From Camelus dromedarius (taxonomy: Eukaryota), in assembly GCF_036321535.1 (NCBI RefSeq), contig NC_087438.1, positions 870,001 through 934,000 on the forward strand: a DNA stretch of 64,000 nucleotides, given 5' to 3'. The first letter of the stretch is position 1, and each line of letters opens with the position of its first letter. A program made the position numbers and the translations under genes. This document shows, piece by piece, positions 57,621-64,000 of this stretch. The notes under the pieces were generated by a model. It made no database searches. It was not told where the DNA came from and worked only from the letters and a program-made list of their open reading frames with translations.

Positions 57621-60600
57621 AGGCACCTGGGGCAGAGAGCGGGTGATGGTCAGGGGGCCCACAGGCCAGAGGACCCCGAGGTGCTGGGCGGGTCAGGTGG
57701 GGACAGGCCCACGGAGGCAGGCGGCCCCACAGTGGGGATGGGAAGGAGGGGGCCGCCGGCGGCCCAGGGTTTGAAACAGGGTGGTGGGTTTCTTTAGACA
57801 CAGGGTGAGGGAGAGAGTGGCCTTGGGGCTGGGCTCCTGCTCAGGATCTCTGCTCTCCTCAGTTGGTGCCTCTTGGGGCCAGAATCACTCCTCTAAGATC
57901 TGAAAGGGAGCCCTGCTGTATTTTTCTCTTGTCCCGTCATAAAATCAATAAATGCAGTCTTTGGGAACTTAGAATGTATTTAAAGTGGACAGAAAAAAAT
58001 AAAAATTAAGAGCACTGCTGGGGGATGGGTCCCATGGGGAGTGTGGCTCCTGCAGCCGGCGCACTGCTGCTCTCAAGTCCCACACGGGGTGGGAGGTGCA
58101 GGGGGGCTCGTGTCCTCCTCGAAGAGGACCCGCCCTGGGCCCCACTTCTCCCTACCTGTTCTCCTTCATCTACAGGTGAACTTATGCAAATCAAGCCTTA
58201 AGAGTCTCCCTGGGATCAAATGAGAAATAGGTGTTTATATACATACTTGACGCCACCCCAGGTCACCCTCAGCACCAACAGGGATCCTTCGGTAACAATG
58301 TTAACCTGTTTTCTGGACTGTGCTTAGAATGTTCTGCTTTCCCCTGAACTGATGCGAGATGCACGCGGGTCCCCACTCCCCCTCCTTGTCGGAGGAGAGG
58401 CTCGCCCCCCAGAGACCCCGTCCCCAGAAGACGCCCACCCCGTTTAACAAAACCCGATGGTGACCCCACGAAAGAGGCAAACGTTCTAAATAATGCTGCT
58501 GTGCAATGATTCTGAACAAAATTATGCAAATCAGACCACACATTGCCTCCAGAGGCCTCGGCTTCACCTCCCGGTGTCGTGACTCATGATCTGCTGTATC
58601 ACACATGGACCTGGCTCGTCCCCCGACCCCCAACCAGCGGCACCTGGAACGCGCCCCGAGCCCTGTGGACGTCGCGCAAGAGCGAGTCGGGGCGTGGCCG
58701 GCAGGGCGGGGATGCGAGGCGTCCTGCTGACGCGTGCCCTGCGAGTTCGCGCAGACCCAGGGAGGCTGAGGCAGACTCGGCGGTTTGGGCGGTGCCGCAG
58801 CCGGAGGGGCTGGGTGCTGCCTCTGACGCAGTCTGGGGGTCTCACGCTTCCCATGTGTCTGCAGCGCTTGTCGAATTTTTAAAAATGCAATAAAATGGTT
58901 TTTTTCTAACAGGTGTTCATTTCAGGGCCTTCTGCCCCCGCCTCCCCTCCTGGGGGCCCCCTACACCTGGTGCTTATCCTCTTTCCCACATGAGTGGGAG
59001 TGCGATGACTCAGTCTCAGACCCAGCCGCCCGAGCAGTGGGACGTGCACAGGCCGGGGCCCGGGGTGGCTGGGGTCTGTCTCGGCTGCCTCGGGGTCCTG
59101 GGGGGCGCCTGCCCCCCGGGGTCAGCCCCACCCCCAGGACGCTCCTGCTCTCTCCTCTGAGGTCCCCAGTGCCCTCTCAGGCCACAGGACAGCCCAGCCC
59201 AGCCCTGCAGCCCCGGCCGGCTGGGAGACCCCTTCTCAAGGCCGCAGTGGGGAAGGCTGTCCTCTGCCGTCGTGGGCTCTCTGCCGGGTCTGTGAGCACA
59301 GACAGATTCACAGGAGAAAATAATGTGCATTTATTTGATGTTGGTTTCATGTTCCTGGGGACAGGGGAGGCTTCACAGAAAGAAGCTAAAACCCAAGGCA
59401 AAGACTAGGCTTGGGGAATTTTACGCTCTTTGACCGAGGAGGCTAAATTTCAAGAAGTGACAAGAAAGGGAGGAGGGGAGGCAAAGTGCAGGACAGCTGA
59501 GCCTCTGGTGCTGAGGCGACCTCCCTGCAGGCCCCGGAAGTGGGCGCCCCGTCCCGAGGGAAGCTGTGGCCCGCCTCCAGGCGGAGGGGTCTGCTGCTCC
59601 CCCCACTGCCCTCAGCCGTCCTCACGCCGGATGGTGCGTTTTGGGTGATTCACTCCGGTCCGCCCAGGCCCATCCTCACGGCGGCTGTGACCTGCGGTGG
59701 CCACTGTCTGCACACTGTGGGCAGGCCAGCCGCCTTCCGGACAGGCTTGTAAGGCCCTTGAGGGAGGATGCAAGGACCCAGCTTCCAGCGAGAGGAGAGG
59801 GGTGCACCCCAAACCCCCCAGTCTGCAGGGGAGGCCAGGGCAGGAGTGGGGGATGGCGTGCTGGGGGCGCTGATGAGGGGCCTCGGGGCCTTTCCTGCCT
59901 CCACAGCTGGGACTGTGGGCAGGTCAGAGCCCATCCTTCAGAGGGATGGAGGCAAGGGGGCACCAGAATAGAGGGGGGTCCCATACCAGGCCCATCTCTG
60001 AGTCCCCACCCAGGCTCCCAGGCTCCATGCAGGTCCCCAGGCCCAACCCCAGAAGTCTTGTCGGTCGGCAGGGCCCAGGGAGCTGAGTATCACCAAGGTC
60101 CAGGGACCTGCTGGGTGTGTGGGGACCACCTTCAGTGTGGCAAGTCAGAAGGTGTGGGGCAGGATCGGGTTCACCAGGGAGGGTGAACGTGGGCTGGGCT
60201 TCCAGAGCTTTCCGAGCACATGCTGGCCGTCCTGCCACAAAGGCAGGCTCCTGCCACTTCCACGGCTAGGGCAGCGACGGTGCTGGCGTGAGACACTGCG
60301 CCTGCCTGATGCCTGGCTTGTACCCTCCCCAGTGCCAGTGCAGCCAGAACCTCCCTGGTGACGGCATCCATGCTGGCCTCCCTAGGAAATGCTGGTCCCT
60401 GCAGTTGTCTTCCTCGATCGGGCTCCAGGGAAAGGCTTCCCCAAAGCAGGTCAGCACCATGGGGACCGGGGACAGGATGGGGGCTTTCCTGACAGCCTCG
60501 GTCTCCCACCAGAGCCCCGTCCTCCTGCAGTACGTGTGAGGGTGTGAGGGAGCGTGTGCAGCCCTGGTGTGCCAGTGTGCAAGCACATGCTGTACCTGGG

Positions 60601-61010
60601 GTCACGCGTGGCTGTCTGTGCACCTCCGGCTGCCGTGTCCGCGTGCAAGCACGTGCGTGGGTCTCGGGCCCTGTGCAGCTGCCTGCGCACATGTGTGCAC
60701 GTTTTCACAGGTGTGTACAACTGTGTAGGAAGGAGGAGCTCGGAGAAGGTGATGCAGGTTTTCCGTGGCTCCCCTGCCCCCACTTCCACAGACAGGACTC
60801 CAGGAGGCCATTTCCGAGGTGGGGAGGGAGTTGGGGGGCCTGTGAACAGGGTGACCGCAGCAGGCTCTGTATTGAGCTGAGGCCCTTGCTGAATCCAGGG
60901 GACCCTCAAGAGAGCGGGCAGCATTGGTACTGGCCATCCACGTGCCGTCCGAGGCTGCCTCCTAAGCCAGGACCGTGTGTCCCAGGTTCCAGCAGGACTG
61001 GCCGTGACCA

Positions 61011-61026
61011 CAGCGCCCCCTGGTGC
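61011..61026 (-). promoter_or_regulatory. Candidate CTCF site
   Basis: Minus strand GCACCAGGGGGCGCTG matches the CTCF core CCACCAGGGGGCGCTG at 15/16 positions. Confidence 0.5.
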
Positions 61027-62539
61027 TGCGCACGGAGGCCGCGGCGTTCCAGGGTCCGCCAGGAAGCTGGAGCGGCTTTGTGTCTGAGACGTCAGGGAGG
61101 TCGGGGAGGGGCCGGTGCTGCCTGACCCCACACAGATGCCCAGACGGGCCCATGGAAGGACGGAGGGACACACCGATCCACTGACACAGCGATAGGCAGG
61201 TCACCAGCTGGACATTGTTTTTAAGCAATTTCGTTGGTGACAGAAGAGAGTTCTGCCGGGTTTCTCTGGCCTCCCCAACGCCGGGTCCCACGAGACGGCT
61301 GAGCCCACCCAGGAGGAATGGCCAGAGGCTGTCTGAGACCAGCGAGGCCGCGGGAGCCGAGGTGCAGGACGGTGCTCCCAGCCCCTGGGGAACCACAGCG
61401 GGTGCCCTGCGGGCGGGGACGTGGGAGGGGCCGCACAGAGTGTCACTCGAGTCCCCTCCCTTCCTGCTCTCTCCCCATGGAAGAACCCACCGAGGAGCGG
61501 AGGCCTGACACCTGGGTTTGGCCGCCTTCCCGCAGGGCTGGGGGCAGAAAGGGCTCGTGTCCGCCCCGCCTTCCCGCCCCCCAGCACCGCCCTCACTCCC
61601 TCCAGGGCCCACTTCCCCTCTGCAGCCCCTGGCCGCCCTGGCTCTGGGGGGCGCTCTCCCTCCAGCAATAGTAACAGGACCGCAGGACACTCTTCCTGAG
61701 CAGGACTGGACCCCCACTCGCTCCTTACCCAGGGCCCCAGGATCACGGAGGAGGGAGCGGGTGGGGATGGGGGAGGGAGAGAGACAGAGGCTGAGAGAGA
61801 CAGAGGGAGGCGAAGGGGGCTCAGCTCCCCATCCTCATTCCAGCCTCACACGCGGTCAGCTCAGGATGTGCTCTGGCTGCAGCCCCCAACCCCGTCCACC
61901 CTCCCATGTCCAGCACCCCAGCCCCCAACCCCCAGGGCCGAGCAGCGGCCTCTGGGGTCCCGCCCCTACCCCCAGCGTGTCCACATGTTCTCTGGTGTCC
62001 CCGCCCCAGGTCACTGCCACAGCCCTGTATTGGGTGAACTTCTGCCCGTGTGGCCCCGGGAGATGACATTCCTTGGGCTCAGGAATGTGGCTGGGGAGCA
62101 TCTGGCCCTGTCCATAGAGACCCCACATACAGACCCAGGGAAAGGCCATCTTTACCCAGTTGGGGGGATCACCATGCTAAGCACCCCTGCACTGTACGGA
62201 GCGCCGGGCACCCACCACACCTGTTTGCCGAGAGCTGCCTCCCGGTGTTCGGCGTGGGGCCCGGCGCGGCTGAGCCTCAACTCCTCATCCTTTGGACAAG
62301 TAAGTGGGCCTGGAAACCGTCCCCACAGGCCCCGCGTGGGGCTGGAGGCCTGGAAAGACTCGTCCTTTCAGAGCCGCTGACCGGGGCGCTCAGCCGGCTC
62401 TCCTCTGGGATTTCTGCGAAGTGTCGGGTGGAAGTCTGTCCCTTCCGGGTCATAGCTACCAGTCCCGAGCACTGCGCGGCTTCGCACGGTGCCTGGGTGA
62501 GCGGGCACTTCCGTTAACATCCCTGCTCCCCGGGACGTG

Positions 62540-63060
62540 TACACGGGCTTAAATGGTTAAACGGCGCAAACAAATACACTTGGCAAATGGAAATCAAACC
62601 TCCTTTTCTTTTAATTTCGGAGTGGTCTGTGGAAAGCTGACTTGAAAGACATTGAAATTGGAGAGGTAATTAATTCACAGGCACCTACAGGAGGGGGAGG
62701 ACGCACCAATTGTTTGTAGCGTTTTGTAAGCACTGAAATTAATGTACTGTGAATTTGTCATTTCTGCCCGAAGTTACAGATTTGCTGTATTATAATTTAA
62801 TCTTTTTAATGTAAAAAGAATAGGAATTTTGCCCTTTCTGGCCTCTCGGGAAGCAAGAACTAGTGTATCTAATTATCTGAACACAGACGAACATAAGGGA
62901 TAGCAAGCAGTGAAATTGTAAGTCGAGGGGAGACCCCCGTCTTCTGATTAAACTCTCTTTCTGGGGCCCTTAGCAATCATGCCGCCCCTGTGTTCTTAGT
63001 AATTGCATGTGTCAAAGCCGAGGCTTTGTGTAAATGGGACGAGCGCGTTACAACGGTAAT
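62540..63060. promoter_or_regulatory. Candidate conserved non-coding element / developmental enhancer
   Basis: AT-rich, non-repeat-like block in a GC-rich background, with many TAAT/ATTA cores (e.g. TAATTAATT 62667-62675, TAATTA 62870-62875). Conservation cannot be seen from one sequence. Confidence 0.45.
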
Positions 63061-64000
63061 TCAGAGGGAAGTGGACGGGGCTCCCGGCGGCCGGGCGGGC
63101 GCGGGGCAGGCGGCGGGAGGGCAGAGGCCCCGGGCGGCGGCGGCGGGGGGCGCGTGCGCCCAGGTCTCATCAGGCCACGTGGTGACAGTGGAATTTCTGA
63201 AAAAGAGAAATGCAATTTACCAACACAAAGCAGCCACCTGCTCTCCCCATTACTCATGTAGTGGAGGCTCCCTGACTCCCTCCGTCCCTCCGGGGCAGTG
63301 AATTTCAACAGCGAGCCTGTCCGTCCTCGGATCGGTGGCACTGAAGAGGAGCTCTTCTGGACGTACTTAAATCTTAGCGATGAAGCAAAACTCTGTTTTG
63401 AACTTTCAGCTCCCCAAAGCCAGGGGAGTGTCCGCTTTTCTCTTTCTTTGCCCACCCCCTCCAGGAATCCCAGCCCTCCTGTGTTTTCCTGGCCCCTGAG
63501 TGATTTCTGCCTTTAAAATGTCTTTTCACTGAAGGGCTGGAGGGTTTCCAAGCAGGGGCTGCGGGGTGGACATCCCAGGACGAGGCCAGAGGCCCTTTCT
63601 GCTTCAGAGACCTTCTTTCTGAGGGGGAAAGGGGTCCACAGTGAAGGCGCCGCACTCAACACGGCGGACTTGGCGACACACTGGGTGGCCGCGGAGGCAT
63701 AGGGCTCGTGAGGCCTCCACGCTGCTCTGCGTGGAGCTGCACGCAGCCACCGCCTTCCATGCATCCTGTGGCTCTGGTGGAGGGGACACCGCCACCTGGC
63801 CTCCTCCCACGTGGATGGCCCCGAGCTGGGCCTCTGTCCGTGCCTCTTCCCGTCCGGGTTTCTTGCTGGCCTTCTTGGTGAGGAGCCAGGGGCCAGGGTT
63901 CAAGACTCCTCCAGCTGAGATGAGGGCGGAGCCCGGGGGCAGGCTTGGGAGCGCCCTCGGCTGCGCACTGTCTTAGCTCAGCCGCCAAAACCAGCACCAC

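Noticed and set aside
60450..60470. REST/NRSE site (TCAGCACC...)
   Set aside because: Only the left half matches; the GGACAG half is absent at canonical spacing.
60530..60730. TG/CA-rich stretch as Z-DNA or a minisatellite
   Set aside because: The purine/pyrimidine alternation is too interrupted and has no consistent unit; likely a decayed simple repeat.
11600..64000. MRPL36, NDUFS6, IRX4 or SDHA-pseudogene exons expected from human synteny
   Set aside because: No matching peptides are recognisable in the six-frame track; they presumably lie outside the window or are absent in this lineage.

Overview
This is GC-rich mammalian genomic DNA, most likely from a camelid: it carries two tRNA-derived Vic-1-type SINEs and cetartiodactyl-type L1 3' ends. 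The only protein-coding sequence I can support is coding exon 1 of LPCAT1 on the minus strand (10633-10767, 45 codons, MRLRG...LSALQKAQ, followed by a GT donor), inside a CpG-island promoter. Positions 1-10632 are part of LPCAT1 intron 1, and exon 2 is not recognisable in the window. The remaining ~53 kb is upstream intergenic DNA, in human the interval towards MRPL36/NDUFS6/IRX4. It contains old and younger L1 fragments, MaLR/ERVL and ERV1-like solo LTRs, a MER82-like Tigger element, MIR remnants, several orphan CpG-rich patches and several AT-rich non-repetitive blocks that look like conserved non-coding elements. Almost all ORF-track entries are chance ORFs of GC-rich DNA. I found no evidence of a new multi-gene system. 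The best leads are: a local hotspot of AT-to-GC substitution that has turned L1 remnants into CpG-rich DNA; a CpG island with splice and polyA signals that may be an unannotated lncRNA; a four-half-site DR1 array; a POU/SOX motif pair; and a homeobox-motif-rich candidate enhancer at the window end. Repeat family names come from my recollection of consensus sequences, and repeat boundaries are approximate unless target-site duplications (TSDs) are given.
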